Assembly (NCBI GenBank): GCA_965232515.1
Contig: CBDDPY010000002.1
Coordinates: forward strand, 1,888,001-1,952,000
Origin: Alphaproteobacteria bacterium
Lineage (GTDB): Bacteria > Pseudomonadota > Alphaproteobacteria > GCA-2731375
Length of the DNA: 64,000 bases
Direction of reading: 5' to 3'
Made by a program: the position numbers and the translations under genes. The notes under the pieces were generated by a model, which did no database searches, was not told the DNA's origin, and saw only the letters and a list, made by a program, of their open reading frames with translations. The stretch's first letter is position 1, and each line of letters begins with the position of its first letter. Positions 6,936 to 16,693 of the stretch are shown one piece after another.

Positions 6936-9683
6936 ATGGAGATCGCTGCGGATTCCTTTCGCGAGGCGCTGAAGGCGCACCGATCCGGCGACGTCGCGGC
7001 GGCGATGGCGCTTTACCGCCGCAGCGTCGTCGACGATCCGGACAACATCGATGCCTTGTTCAACCTCGCCGTCCTGACCGCGACGGTCGGGCGCATCGAT
7101 GAGGCCAAGGTCCTCTATGAACAGGTCTTGAGCCTGCGCCCGGACGAGCCGGACACCCTGGTCAATCTCGGCAACCTGATGCAGGCCGTGGGCCGGTCGG
7201 ACGAGGCCGAGGCCTACTATCGCCGCGCGTTGCTGGTGAAACCGACGCTGGCCGCGGCCAACGTCAACCTCGGCAGCCTGCTGCTCGCTCGCGGCGACTA
7301 CGAAGCGGCCATCCAGTCGTTTCAGCAGGCGCTGGCGATCGACCCCTGCCTGCCGCTCGCCATGAACGGGATGGCGGCCGCCTTGGTACGGCTCGACCGG
7401 CATGCCGAGGCCGTTCAACCTCTGGAAACCGCCATCGCGATCGATCCAACGCTTCTCGAGCCATGGCGCAATCTCGGGCTGGTCCTGAATCACCTCGGTC
7501 GCCCCGAACAGGCGCTCGACAAACTGAGCCAAGCCGAGCAGTGCAACCCGCAGGATGGCATGACCCAGGCGTTGATCGGTGACGCCCACTATCGGCTTAG
7601 CGATCTCAAAGCCGCCATCATCCATTTCCGCCGCGCCGTCGAGCTGGCCCCGCAGACGCCTCAGTTTCTGAACAATCTCGGCATGGCGCTTAACGACAAA
7701 GGCGATCATGACGAAGCGGCCGACGTGCTGCGTCAGGCATTGCGGATCGACCGGCGACAACCGGAGGCCTGGACCAATCTCGGTAACTGCCTGGTTCAGC
7801 TTGACCGGCCCGACGAAGCCATCGACAGCTACCGGGAAGCCCTGGCGCTGGCGCCCCAGCTCGGCGTTGCCGGCTGCAATCTCGGCAACACGCTTCGCAA
7901 TACGGGCCGCCTGGCGGAAGCCGCGGTGGCGTTTGAGCAGGCGATTGAGCATTCGCCCGGTCTCGCCATGGCCTATAACGGATTGGCGCTGGTCCGGCAG
8001 CAGGAAAACCAGAACGAACAGGCGGTCGAACTGCTGCGCAAGGCGGTGGAGATCAGGCCCGACTATCCCGAAGCGCTGAACAATCTCGCGATCTCCCTCG
8101 GCCACCTCAACCGCTTGCCCGAGGCCGTCGACGTGTACCAGCGTCTGTTGGACGTCAAACCGGACCTGCCGGAGGCGCTGTTCAATCTGGCCTCGCTGCT
8201 GCAGTCTTTGGGCCGGCACGACGAGGCGATCATGGCGTTGCGGCATTGCCTCGCCCTGCGGCCGGACTACCGGGTGATCTACCCATATCTCGCGCACAGC
8301 CTGATGCAGCAGTGCAGCTGGACCAATCTGGACGGCATCATCGGCAAGATCCGCCACAATATGGAGGCCGAGCTGGCCGAGGGGGTCGGCCTGTCGATCC
8401 CCGCGTTCGCCCTGCAGAGCCTGCCTGGGGAATTCCCCATGGAACTACGGCAGCGGGCGGCCGAACATATCGCCGGCCGGGCCGAGGCCGAGGTGGCCGA
8501 GACCTGTCGCCAGTTGCGTCTGGATCATCGGCGTCCGCCGGGCAGGCGCAAGTTGACGATCGGCTATGTCTCTCCGGACTTCCGGTTTCACAGCGTCGCC
8601 CTGGCGTTCCGGGGCATTCTGGAGAACCATGACCGGGACGCGTTCAATCTCATCGGCTATTCGCTGTTCAACGGCGCCGAGGACGACCTGACGCGGGAGT
8701 TCGAGCAGACTTTCGACGGCTTTCGGCGGATCACCGACACGCCCTACCGCGAAACGGCCGAGCTGATCGACCGCGACCGGGTCGACATCCTGATCGATCT
8801 TGCCGGCCACACCCTTGGCTCGCGACTGCCGATTTTCGCACTCCGCGCGGCCCCGCTGCAGGCACACTATCTCGGCTACTCCGCGACCGTCGGCGCCAAA
8901 TTCCTCGACTACCTCATTACCGATCATGCGCAAGTGCCGCCGGAAAACCGGCAATACTTCACCGAGCAGTTGGTCTATCTGCCGGACACGTTCATGGCGA
9001 CGCAGCGGGCGCCGGTCGCCGTCCACCGGCCAAGCCGGCACGATTGCGGCCTGCCCGAGGACGGCATCGTGTTCGCCAACTTCAATTCTCACTACAAGTT
9101 CGACCCGCACCTGTTCGCGATCTGGATGCGCCTGCTGCGACAGTCGCCCGGCAGCGTTCTTTGGCTACTGGCGGGAACGCCGGGCTGCGTCGCCAACCTG
9201 CAGCGCGAAGCCGCCGCGCGGAACGTCGATCCGGCACGGCTGGTGTTCGCGCCGAAGATCACCCATCCGGAGCACCTGGCCCGGCTGCCGTTGGCCGACC
9301 TGGCGCTCGACAATCTCTATCACGGCGGCGGCGTAACCACCGTCGATGCGCTGTGGACCGGCGTGCCGGTGCTGACAATCGCCTCGCAGACGCCACAGTC
9401 GCGCAACGGCGCCACCCTGATCACCGCCATTGGGCTCGCGGACCTGATCGTCCACAGCGTTGACGACTATGAACGCCTTGCCCTGAAAATCGCCGGCGAC
9501 CCGGCTCTGCGCCAATCGCTGCGGGACCGGCTGGTCGCCAATCGGGACAGCTATCCGCTGTTCCGGCCCAAACGTCTGACACGGCATCTGGAGCAGGGCT
9601 ATCGGCTGATGTGGCGCAATCATGTCGACGGCCGGCCGCCGGCCATGATCGACGTCCCGGCGCTGCCGGAAGAACCGACCTGA
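6936..9683 (+). CDS. TPR-repeat O-GlcNAc-transferase/SPINDLY-like (GT41) protein glycosyltransferase
   Basis: About 13 TPR repeats ('ALFNLA', 'NLGN', 'NNLG') followed by 'GYVSPDFRFHSVA', 'DILIDLAGHT', 'YLGYSAT', 'NFNSHYKFDP' and 'TTVDALWTGVPVLT'. Confidence 0.9.
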   Translation: MEIAADSFREALKAHRSGDVAAAMALYRRSVVDDPDNIDALFNLAVLTATVGRIDEAKVLYEQVLSLRPDEPDTLVNLGNLMQAVGRSDEAEAYYRRALLVKPTLAAANVNLGSLLLARGDYEAAIQSFQQALAIDPCLPLAMNGMAAALVRLDRHAEAVQPLETAIAIDPTLLEPWRNLGLVLNHLGRPEQALDKLSQAEQCNPQDGMTQALIGDAHYRLSDLKAAIIHFRRAVELAPQTPQFLNNLGMALNDKGDHDEAADVLRQALRIDRRQPEAWTNLGNCLVQLDRPDEAIDSYREALALAPQLGVAGCNLGNTLRNTGRLAEAAVAFEQAIEHSPGLAMAYNGLALVRQQENQNEQAVELLRKAVEIRPDYPEALNNLAISLGHLNRLPEAVDVYQRLLDVKPDLPEALFNLASLLQSLGRHDEAIMALRHCLALRPDYRVIYPYLAHSLMQQCSWTNLDGIIGKIRHNMEAELAEGVGLSIPAFALQSLPGEFPMELRQRAAEHIAGRAEAEVAETCRQLRLDHRRPPGRRKLTIGYVSPDFRFHSVALAFRGILENHDRDAFNLIGYSLFNGAEDDLTREFEQTFDGFRRITDTPYRETAELIDRDRVDILIDLAGHTLGSRLPIFALRAAPLQAHYLGYSATVGAKFLDYLITDHAQVPPENRQYFTEQLVYLPDTFMATQRAPVAVHRPSRHDCGLPEDGIVFANFNSHYKFDPHLFAIWMRLLRQSPGSVLWLLAGTPGCVANLQREAAARNVDPARLVFAPKITHPEHLARLPLADLALDNLYHGGGVTTVDALWTGVPVLTIASQTPQSRNGATLITAIGLADLIVHSVDDYERLALKIAGDPALRQSLRDRLVANRDSYPLFRPKRLTRHLEQGYRLMWRNHVDGRPPAMIDVPALPEEPT

Positions 9684-9702
9684 AGGGTTCCCTTCGGTCC
9701 GC

Positions 9703-10557
9703 CTAACGCAGGACCGCGGCGATATCCCGAATGACGTCGTCGAAGGCCGGCTGGCCGATCCCGAAACGCTCGACTTCAACCGACATGTCCAGCGTGGTGT
9801 TCGGCGACAGTGCCGTCGGATCAAGGCCGGACCGGCAGGGCGCGATGAAATCGGGGTCGGCCGACAAATGTCGCGCCAGACACGTCGCCAGGTCGACATA
9901 GCTGTGATCGGCCGCGCCCGAGCATTGATAGATCCCGACGGCGCGAGCCCGCAGCAGATGTGTGATCAAGGTGCAGACCAGATCGAGTGAAATCGGCGCC
10001 AGATACATGTCCGTGAACGGCGCGACCTGCGTTCCGGCGCGCAACGCCGTGGCCCAGTCGTTCAGCAGCGGCAGGGACGGCGCCAGCACCTTGCTCAGCC
10101 GCAGCACCCCGACGTCGCCGGCCAGGGCCAGAATGCCGGCCTCCGCCGCCACCTTCTGTTCGCCATATCGGGTCAGCGGACAGACCGGCTCATCCCGCCG
10201 GCGCTGGGAAATCTGTCCGTCGAAGACCTTGTCGCTCGACAGATGCAGCACATAGGCTCCCTGCCCGACCAGCGCCGCGGCGATGCCGACGATGCCGTCG
10301 ACATTCACGCGCCGCGAACCGGCCGGGTCCCGGTCGCAGTCCGCCAGCCGCGCAACCCCGGCGCACAGAACCGCGGCGTCGACCCGGGGCAGCGCCGGCA
10401 GCGAGTCGGCCGCCGCCGCGACATCCAGGAACAGCGGGCCGTCGCGCCGACGCGTGGTCGCCACGACCTCGACCCCCAAGGCCGTCAAATGCCGCGTCAG
10501 TCCGGCGCCGACCAGGCCGTCGCCGCCGACCACCAATATGCGGCCGGTTGGCGTCAC
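9703..10557 (-). CDS. RmlD-like NDP-4-keto-sugar reductase (extended SDR)
   Basis: 'ILVVGGDGLVG', 'LSSDKVFDG' and 'YGEQK' (YxxxK). The GTG start at 10557 overlaps the upstream TGA. Confidence 0.82.
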   Translation of the reverse strand: MTPTGRILVVGGDGLVGAGLTRHLTALGVEVVATTRRRDGPLFLDVAAAADSLPALPRVDAAVLCAGVARLADCDRDPAGSRRVNVDGIVGIAAALVGQGAYVLHLSSDKVFDGQISQRRRDEPVCPLTRYGEQKVAAEAGILALAGDVGVLRLSKVLAPSLPLLNDWATALRAGTQVAPFTDMYLAPISLDLVCTLITHLLRARAVGIYQCSGAADHSYVDLATCLARHLSADPDFIAPCRSGLDPTALSPNTTLDMSVEVERFGIGQPAFDDVIRDIAAVLR

Positions 10558-11234
10558 GGCATCCGTTTGCCGCAACAGAGCGCCAGGTAATAGTGCGCCA
10601 TCGGCCAGTAGCCGGTATGCACGACCTCGTCGTTCATCGAGAAGATGAAGACGTGGTGAAAGAATTCCCGCATCAGCGCCTTCAGGTCGGGTGCGTGCTT
10701 GCAATTGACGTGGCCGGCCTTGCTCTGCGGCGAGGCATAGGCCTGGCTGTTGAGCGACGGCATGCCGACGATCAGTTCGCCCTCGTGTGTGAGCGATTGG
10801 ACGATATTGCCGACGAACCGCCGTTCGTCCTCGGCCGCGATATGCTCCAGCACGTCCAGGCTGTAGGCCGCATCGAAGGTCCCGGAATAGGGTCCCGTCA
10901 GCATGTCGTGCACATCGGCCGTCAGCGGCCAGTCCGGCGCCATGCGCGCCTTGATGTCGTCCACGAAAATCGGATCGATGTCCAGCACGGTCAGGTCGCC
11001 GACGTCCTGCTTGACGATGCGGCTGCCGAAAGCGTCGCCGCAACCGACTTCCAGCGCCCGCCCACGTCCGGCGAACATCTTGGCCACGAATTTGTAGCGC
11101 GCCAGCAGAAACGCGAGACGTTTCGGGTCGTCGTGCCAGACCTGATTGGTCATCAGGCCGAGCTGAGCGACGCCGCTACGTTCGGCCACCGCCAGACAAT
11201 CCTCGTACTGCGCTTCCTTCGTGCGTGCGCTCAT
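10554..11234 (-). CDS. Class I SAM-dependent methyltransferase
   Basis: 'ALEVGCGDAFG', 'FDAAYSLDVLEHI' and 'GELIVGMP'. ATG at 11234 with a GGAGAGG RBS. Confidence 0.88.
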   Translation of the reverse strand: MSARTKEAQYEDCLAVAERSGVAQLGLMTNQVWHDDPKRLAFLLARYKFVAKMFAGRGRALEVGCGDAFGSRIVKQDVGDLTVLDIDPIFVDDIKARMAPDWPLTADVHDMLTGPYSGTFDAAYSLDVLEHIAAEDERRFVGNIVQSLTHEGELIVGMPSLNSQAYASPQSKAGHVNCKHAPDLKALMREFFHHVFIFSMNDEVVHTGYWPMAHYYLALCCGKRMP

Positions 11235-11257
11235 ATGACCTCTCCGCGGACTTGGCC

Positions 11258-11920
11258 TTACTCGAAATAGATGCAGCCGTAGTCGCCGTCGTAACCGGCC
11301 TGGGCGAAGGCGAACTCCCACTCCGCCGGCATCAGGAAGGCGCGACAGGTGAGCTGCCAGTACAGCAGGTTCGCCTTCTCGCGCTCGTCGCGGTAGGACT
11401 CGATCGTGACATGTTTCGGCCCACGGCCGACCCGTTGAATTTCGCTGAGCGCCGCGTGCAGATCGAAGTTGCGCAAGTTGTGCAGCGTGTTGATCGAATA
11501 GACGAAGTCGAAGCTGTCGTCGGCCCAGGGCAAGCGATTGGCGTCACCCACGGCGAGGCAATGCCGGACCTCCGCCTTGGCATTGGCGATCGCATAGCCC
11601 GAAACATCGATACCGGCCACCGCGACCCCCGGCAGGACCTGCGTGAACTCATAGAGCAGAAAACCCTTGCCGCAACCGACATCCAGGATCCGCGAGTCAG
11701 GGGTCAGGCCGTAGTGCTCGACCATCGCCTCGGCCACCGGCCGCCAGCGGCCGTCGTAGCGGTAGCCACCGAAGCCGTATTTGCGGTCGCCGTCCCAGTA
11801 ATCGGCGTCGAATCTGACAGCGACCTCGGCACACGCGGCCTTGTCGTGCTCGATGACCCGTTGCACGTAGTCGCGTTTGGTGGCCGTGTGCACGGCCCCG
11901 ATGAAATCGATATAGCTCAT
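11258..11920 (-). CDS. Class I SAM-dependent methyltransferase
   Basis: 'YWDGDRKYGFGGYRYDGRW', 'ILDVGCGKGFL' and 'FDFVYSINTLHNL'. Confidence 0.9.
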   Translation of the reverse strand: MSYIDFIGAVHTATKRDYVQRVIEHDKAACAEVAVRFDADYWDGDRKYGFGGYRYDGRWRPVAEAMVEHYGLTPDSRILDVGCGKGFLLYEFTQVLPGVAVAGIDVSGYAIANAKAEVRHCLAVGDANRLPWADDSFDFVYSINTLHNLRNFDLHAALSEIQRVGRGPKHVTIESYRDEREKANLLYWQLTCRAFLMPAEWEFAFAQAGYDGDYGCIYFE

Positions 11921-11923
11921 GGC

Positions 11924-12328
11924 TCAACCCGGCACGGACGAGGTGGCGGCAAAGCGGTCGACCATGAAGACGTCTTCCAACCGGGCGACGTCCTCAAGCG
12001 AGCGCACCGACAGATTCTCGAGCGCGCCGTGCAGTTCGGCGCCGGCCGCAAGCACCCGCTCGTAGACGCCGCGGCGGGGTTCCGGCCGCTGCGGCAGCAT
12101 GAACAGGCTGAAGCAGATCACGCCCTCGATCGACTCGATCTCGTCCAGCACCGTCTGCAGGTTCATGTAGCAGCCCGCCATGGCGTATTCGGTGGCGCTC
12201 AACAGGTAATGCAGGCCGTTGCGCTGGGCGTAGTCGCGGACCACCAGGTTCTGCACGTGCTGCGGCCATGTCTGGCCGCGCACGGGACGGCTGGCGATAT
12301 AGCCGCGATAGCCGACGCGGTTACTCAT
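11924..12328 (-). CDS. 'Sporadic carbohydrate cluster' protein, LIC12192-like family
   Basis: 'GYRGYIASRP...PQHVQNLVVRDYA...LLSATEYAM' recalled as this family. Adjacent to its usual 2OG-Fe(II) partner. Confidence 0.78.
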   Translation of the reverse strand: MSNRVGYRGYIASRPVRGQTWPQHVQNLVVRDYAQRNGLHYLLSATEYAMAGCYMNLQTVLDEIESIEGVICFSLFMLPQRPEPRRGVYERVLAAGAELHGALENLSVRSLEDVARLEDVFMVDRFAATSSVPG

Positions 12329-13148
12329 CGAAGGACTCCGGCATTCGGTAGGACATGCCGATCCGCGTCGCCGCGCGAACCGTGATCGGCTCGAAGAACT
12401 CGCCCAGGCGCTTCTGTGCGTAAGGCGAGAACAGGCTCTTGAAGCGGCAGTTCATCGACCAGCGCGTTTCGTACTCGCGATTGATCCGGTTGCCGTGCAT
12501 CAGATTCTGGCTGAACAGCAGGACCGAGCCGTAGGGCACGTCGAGCCACTCGAGATCGGGCTCGATGGCGGCAAACAGGTCGTCCGTGCTCTTGCCGTCG
12601 AAGTCGCGCCAGCGCGCCTCGTGCGCGTGTTGCTTGTCGGGCGGCAGGATGAACATGCTCTTGGTGCCATGGCAGTCGACCAGCGGCAGCCAGACCACGA
12701 CCTCGAACGGCGAGTCGCCGTCCCAGACATCGGCATGCACGGCCAGCAGCGAGCTGTCGTCGCCCGGCATCTGGATCGACAGGTTCAGCCGCCGCTGCAT
12801 GGCCAGCTCGTTGCCGACCAGACGCTCCAGGCCCGACCGCGCCAGGCTGTAATAGGCTTCCCGCGCCCAGGGCAGATCGTTGACGCCGTTGATCACCCGC
12901 AGGCGCAGGGCGTTCAGGGCGGCGGCGTCGACCTGGCCGTGGATGCCGTTCATGAAGCTGCCGGCCGACTTTGGAACCGGCTGATCCAGATGCTCGGCCG
13001 CGATCGCCGCCATGGCGTCACGCAACCGGCCGAGCGCGACCTGATCGTCGACCGGCCGGATCACATAGCCCTGTTCGATGAACGCGCGGCCGAGGTTGGC
13101 CGTATCGTCGTCGAGGAAGCCCTGGGTCTGTTCCTGTACCGCGATCAC
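12321..13148 (-). CDS. 'Sporadic carbohydrate cluster' 2OG-Fe(II) oxygenase
   Basis: 'GNELAMQRRLNLSIQMP', HxD ('HAD'), distal His ('LMHGN') and 'RWSMNCRFK'. Confidence 0.82.
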   Translation of the reverse strand: MIAVQEQTQGFLDDDTANLGRAFIEQGYVIRPVDDQVALGRLRDAMAAIAAEHLDQPVPKSAGSFMNGIHGQVDAAALNALRLRVINGVNDLPWAREAYYSLARSGLERLVGNELAMQRRLNLSIQMPGDDSSLLAVHADVWDGDSPFEVVVWLPLVDCHGTKSMFILPPDKQHAHEARWRDFDGKSTDDLFAAIEPDLEWLDVPYGSVLLFSQNLMHGNRINREYETRWSMNCRFKSLFSPYAQKRLGEFFEPITVRAATRIGMSYRMPESFDE

Positions 13149-14089
13149 GCCGCCCTCTTCGCCCTATCGGCCACGAATACACCCACCCGCTCGGCGATCT
13201 GCGCCGGCTGCAGGCCGTAGTACTCCAGCAGGTCGTCCTGGCTGCCGTACTTGTCGGGAAAACGGTCGGGGATACCGAGGCGGAGCATGGCCGGCGTCCG
13301 GCCCGGCATGCGCTCCAGCAGCAAGTCCGCGATGGCGCTGCCGAGGCCCCCGACGACGGTGTGTTCCTCAATCGTCACCACGGCGTCCGCCGGCTCGGCG
13401 GCGGCCAGCACCGCGGCCTCGTCCAGCGGCTTCACCGTATGCAGATGGATCAGACCGCAATCGATGCCTTGTCCGGCCAGCAGCTCGGCCGCGTGCAGCG
13501 CGCGGGTGGTCGTTACGCCGGTGCCGATCAGCAGCACCCGGCCGCCGGGCCGCATGGTGATCGCCTTGCCGATCGCGGTCTCGGCGTCATCGCTCGACAC
13601 GATCTCGTCGCCCCCCTTGGCAAGGCGGATGTAGCACGGCCCTTGCAAATCCGCCGTCTGCGGCACCAGGCGCCGCATCTCGTCGGCGTCGCACGGCGCC
13701 AGCACGGTCATGCGCGGCAACGCCCGCATGATAGCGATATCCTCGATCGCGAGATGCGTCGGCCCCAGCGGCGCGTAGACCGTGCCGCCGCCATTGGCGA
13801 TCAACCGCACCGGCAGGTCGTGCATGCACAGGTCGACCGCGACCTGCTCGTAGCAGCGGCGGGTAATGAAGGTGGCGATCGTGTTGACGTAGGGAATGTA
13901 GCCATCCATCGCCAGGCCGGCCGCCATGCCGATGATGTTCTGCTCCGACACGCCCTCCATAAAGAAGCGTTCGGGCATCTCCTCGCGGAACTGGTCCAGC
14001 GTGCCGACGCCCAGGTCGGAGCCGATGAAGACCACGCGCGGATTGTGCTTGGCCAGTTCGTACACCATGTCCAGACAGGTCTTGCGCAT
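13145..14089 (-). CDS. Transketolase-like enzyme, C-terminal (pyrimidine-binding) subunit
   Basis: 'GSDLG', 'FFMEGVSEQNIIGMAAGLA', 'GPTHLAIED' and 'EEHTVVGGLGS'. Confidence 0.92.
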   Translation of the reverse strand: MRKTCLDMVYELAKHNPRVVFIGSDLGVGTLDQFREEMPERFFMEGVSEQNIIGMAAGLAMDGYIPYVNTIATFITRRCYEQVAVDLCMHDLPVRLIANGGGTVYAPLGPTHLAIEDIAIMRALPRMTVLAPCDADEMRRLVPQTADLQGPCYIRLAKGGDEIVSSDDAETAIGKAITMRPGGRVLLIGTGVTTTRALHAAELLAGQGIDCGLIHLHTVKPLDEAAVLAAAEPADAVVTIEEHTVVGGLGSAIADLLLERMPGRTPAMLRLGIPDRFPDKYGSQDDLLEYYGLQPAQIAERVGVFVADRAKRAA

Positions 14090-14092
14090 GGA

Positions 14093-14953
14093 TCAGGCCT
14101 CGATCGCGTCGAGCATCTGCTCGATATCGCCGTCGCTGATTTTCGATTTGTGGTGATAGGCCATGTTGTTCTCGGCGTAGCCCACGCCCCTGCCCTTGAT
14201 CGTGTGGCAGATCACGGCGTTCGGTTTGTCCGGCACGAAGGGCAGATCGACGAAGGCGCGTCGCAGACCGTCGACGCTGTGACCGTCGACGTCGCGGACG
14301 GTAAAGCCGAAACTTGTCCACTTGTCGCGCAGCGGTTCCAGGTCCTGCACCGTGGCGGTGCTGGCGTAGGACTGATGCTTGTTGTAGTCGACGATCACCG
14401 TGTAGTTGCCGAGGCCGTGCTTGCCGGCCGCCATGGCCGCTTCCCAGACCGAGCCCTCGTTGATCTCGCCGTCGCCGGTGATCACGAACACCCGGCTGTT
14501 GCGGCCGGCGAGCCGCGCCGCCAGCGCGAGGCCGACCCCGATCGACGGCCCATGGCCGAGCGCGCCGGTCGAGGCCTCGACGCCCGGGATCTTGCCGGCC
14601 TCGGGATGCCCGCCCAGGATGCCGTCGAAACGGCAGAAGCGATCCAGCTCGTCAGCCGGGAAGAAGCCCTTGTCGGCAAGCACGGCGTAGAGCGCGAGGC
14701 AGCCATGCCCCTTCGACAGGATGCAGCGATCCCGGTCCGGCCAGTCGGGCCGTGCCGGATCGATATGCAGGATGTCGTCATAAAGCACCCGCAGGATCTC
14801 GATCGCCGAGAGCGCCGAGCCCAGATGGCCGCGGCCGCCGCCGGCAAGGCCGCGCACAACCAATCGTCGCAGGTCGCGACTTCGGCGGTCGAGAACGGCC
14901 GGCTCGTAGACCCGATGCGCGCTCTGCGTCAGCTTCGCGAGATTAAGCGTCAT
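14093..14953 (-). CDS. Transketolase-like enzyme, N-terminal (TPP-binding) subunit
   Basis: 'GHLGSALS', 'DRCILSKGH', 'STGALGHG' and the TPP motif 'GDGEINEGSVWEA...DYN'. Confidence 0.92.
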   Translation of the reverse strand: MTLNLAKLTQSAHRVYEPAVLDRRSRDLRRLVVRGLAGGGRGHLGSALSAIEILRVLYDDILHIDPARPDWPDRDRCILSKGHGCLALYAVLADKGFFPADELDRFCRFDGILGGHPEAGKIPGVEASTGALGHGPSIGVGLALAARLAGRNSRVFVITGDGEINEGSVWEAAMAAGKHGLGNYTVIVDYNKHQSYASTATVQDLEPLRDKWTSFGFTVRDVDGHSVDGLRRAFVDLPFVPDKPNAVICHTIKGRGVGYAENNMAYHHKSKISDGDIEQMLDAIEA

Positions 14954-15962
14954 TCGGTAGACCCCCGTTCTTCCGCCGTGCCAGCGACAGCATCGCTTCT
15001 GCCTTGGCTAACTGCCGGTCGAGCGCCGCCGCGTGGCCGGCCTTACCGGCGAACGCGCGCCGGGCCCAACGCTCCGGCAGAAACTCGTTCAATAGGATCA
15101 GGCACCAGCGCAGGGCGAACAGTGGATAGACCTGGCGCAGCCGTTGCTCGAAGGCCGGATCGCCGGCGAAGATCTCGGCTGCGCCGCGGTGGAAGCGGCG
15201 TTTCAGCTCATCGCTCAATGCCATGCCAGGATGCAGCAGGAAGTCGGACACCAGCTTCGCCGGATCGTCCCAGCCGAAATACTCGAAGTCGAGAAACACC
15301 AACCGGCCGTCCGCGGTGCGCAGCGCGTTGTGCAGCCCGAAATCCGACGGCGACAGCGTTCGCTGCGTCTGAGCCAGCTCGGCCTCGATATCGACATCGT
15401 CCGGCGTTGCCTCGGCCAAGGCGGCATCGAAGCCGTCGGCCAGGAAGCTTTGCACGCGCGTATCCTCCACGGCCGCCAGACGCCGCCGCCGTCGGGCGAT
15501 CTGCCGCAGGCAGTCGCCGATGGAGAGGCACGCCTCGGAGGCAAGCGGCAGGCGATCGGCGCCCGGCACCGTCGCCAGCGCTTTCAGCCGCGCCATGAAG
15601 TCGAGCGCGGCGTCGACGTCGGCGACGCCGGGCGTCGACACCGGTTGACCGTCGACCCATTCGTAAAGCGCGACGCTGCGATCGCGGTCGACCGCCACGC
15701 GCCGCGGCACGTCGCGAACGCCTTGCAGCCACAGGAAACGCAGGCCACCGAACTCCGCGCCCAGACGGTCACGCTCGTCGATCCGGTCGTTCAGGTATTC
15801 CTTCAGGGCGTAGCGGCGGCCGCCCAGGTCCTCGACCTGGTAGATACGGTTGTTGCCGCCGCCGCCGACACGCTCGACGGCGTAGACGGCGTCGTCGAGC
15901 AGGCGAGCCGCAATGTCGCGCAGATCATCGGTGTCTGCGTCAGTGGACGGAGCCAAGGACAT
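14943..15962 (-). CDS. Aminoglycoside-phosphotransferase/choline-kinase-fold kinase
   Basis: 'GGGGNNRIY', 'YALKEY', 'SPSDFGLHN' and 'FLDFEYFGWDDP'. Confidence 0.82.
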   Translation of the reverse strand: MSLAPSTDADTDDLRDIAARLLDDAVYAVERVGGGGNNRIYQVEDLGGRRYALKEYLNDRIDERDRLGAEFGGLRFLWLQGVRDVPRRVAVDRDRSVALYEWVDGQPVSTPGVADVDAALDFMARLKALATVPGADRLPLASEACLSIGDCLRQIARRRRRLAAVEDTRVQSFLADGFDAALAEATPDDVDIEAELAQTQRTLSPSDFGLHNALRTADGRLVFLDFEYFGWDDPAKLVSDFLLHPGMALSDELKRRFHRGAAEIFAGDPAFEQRLRQVYPLFALRWCLILLNEFLPERWARRAFAGKAGHAAALDRQLAKAEAMLSLARRKNGGLPNDA

Positions 15963-16557
15963 GATCGGTTATCTCGTTCCAATTGCTGAAGCGCGTCAGG
16001 CCGCATTCGGCCGACTGCGCGTGTGGGTCGAACAGAAGCCGCGCGACCTCGGCAGGAAAGCCGGGGTCGGCGAAGACTTCCCTAAGGTCGTCGATGAAGT
16101 GCGTGCAGCCGAGGCCGCCGATCCGGGCGATCTTCTCGGCCCGGCAGTCCTCGAAAAAGACCTGGGTCTCGTTCAGGCCCAGACCGTCGATGTCGAAGAA
16201 ACGGTGCGCGTCCATCCAGGCAAGCGCGGCTTCCCGCAGATCGACATTTCCGTCGTCCAGGCTGGCGAAACGGGTCTTGTGGCTGACGATGTAAACATCG
16301 ATGCCGTCGGCGCGGCAGCGGCGGAAGAACGCGTCGGCGCCGTCGAACATCTCGGCCTCGGCCATGTGCGGGCCATAGGCCAACGCCTGTAGGCGCTGCC
16401 AGTCCAGATCGCCGTCGGGGCGTTGGCGCAACCGATCGCGCACCGCCCGCTTGCCGCCGGCCGGAACGGCGTCCAGATAGCCGCATGCCACCGCCAACCG
16501 GCCGAAAACCCGGTCATAGCCCGCGATTGTGTTGTCGAAATCCACGCCCAGGCGCAT
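15940..16557 (-). CDS. HAD-superfamily hydrolase/phosphatase
   Basis: Motif I 'GVDFDNT', motif II 'IVSHK' and motif IV 'FIDDL'. Confidence 0.82.
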   Translation of the reverse strand: MRLGVDFDNTIAGYDRVFGRLAVACGYLDAVPAGGKRAVRDRLRQRPDGDLDWQRLQALAYGPHMAEAEMFDGADAFFRRCRADGIDVYIVSHKTRFASLDDGNVDLREAALAWMDAHRFFDIDGLGLNETQVFFEDCRAEKIARIGGLGCTHFIDDLREVFADPGFPAEVARLLFDPHAQSAECGLTRFSNWNEITDHVLGSVH

Positions 16558-16614
16558 GGCGGCGATGCTCTGCTTCCAACGTCGTTTACCCGATAGAAAC
16601 TACGCCCAACGCCA

Positions 16615-16629
16615 TTAACAAATTGTTAT
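16615..16629. promoter_or_regulatory. Imperfect CtrA box in the internal gap of the sugar cluster
   Basis: TTAA-CAAATTG-TTAT (one mismatch) plus another TTAA at 16632, in an AT-rich patch upstream of the HAD gene. Confidence 0.45.
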
Positions 16630-16693
16630 CATTAAGAAATTCTTGCCGCGTCGGGACTGATTCCCGGCCGCCGAAACGCCTCCCGCTCGCGCC

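Noticed and set aside
9703-11043. Apparent 446-aa fusion ORF
   Set aside because: The N-terminal 162 codons overlap the methyltransferase in another frame. The real start is the GTG at 10557.
13361-15598. 745-aa plus-strand ORF and many other long antisense ORFs (e.g. 3470-5074, 20135-22120, 42783-44576)
   Set aside because: Shadow ORFs of high-GC coding sequence: no recognisable motifs, and they lie opposite well-supported genes.
14943-15962. APH-fold kinases (also 22934-23959) as aminoglycoside resistance genes
   Set aside because: Both are translationally coupled to metabolic genes and share only the fold.
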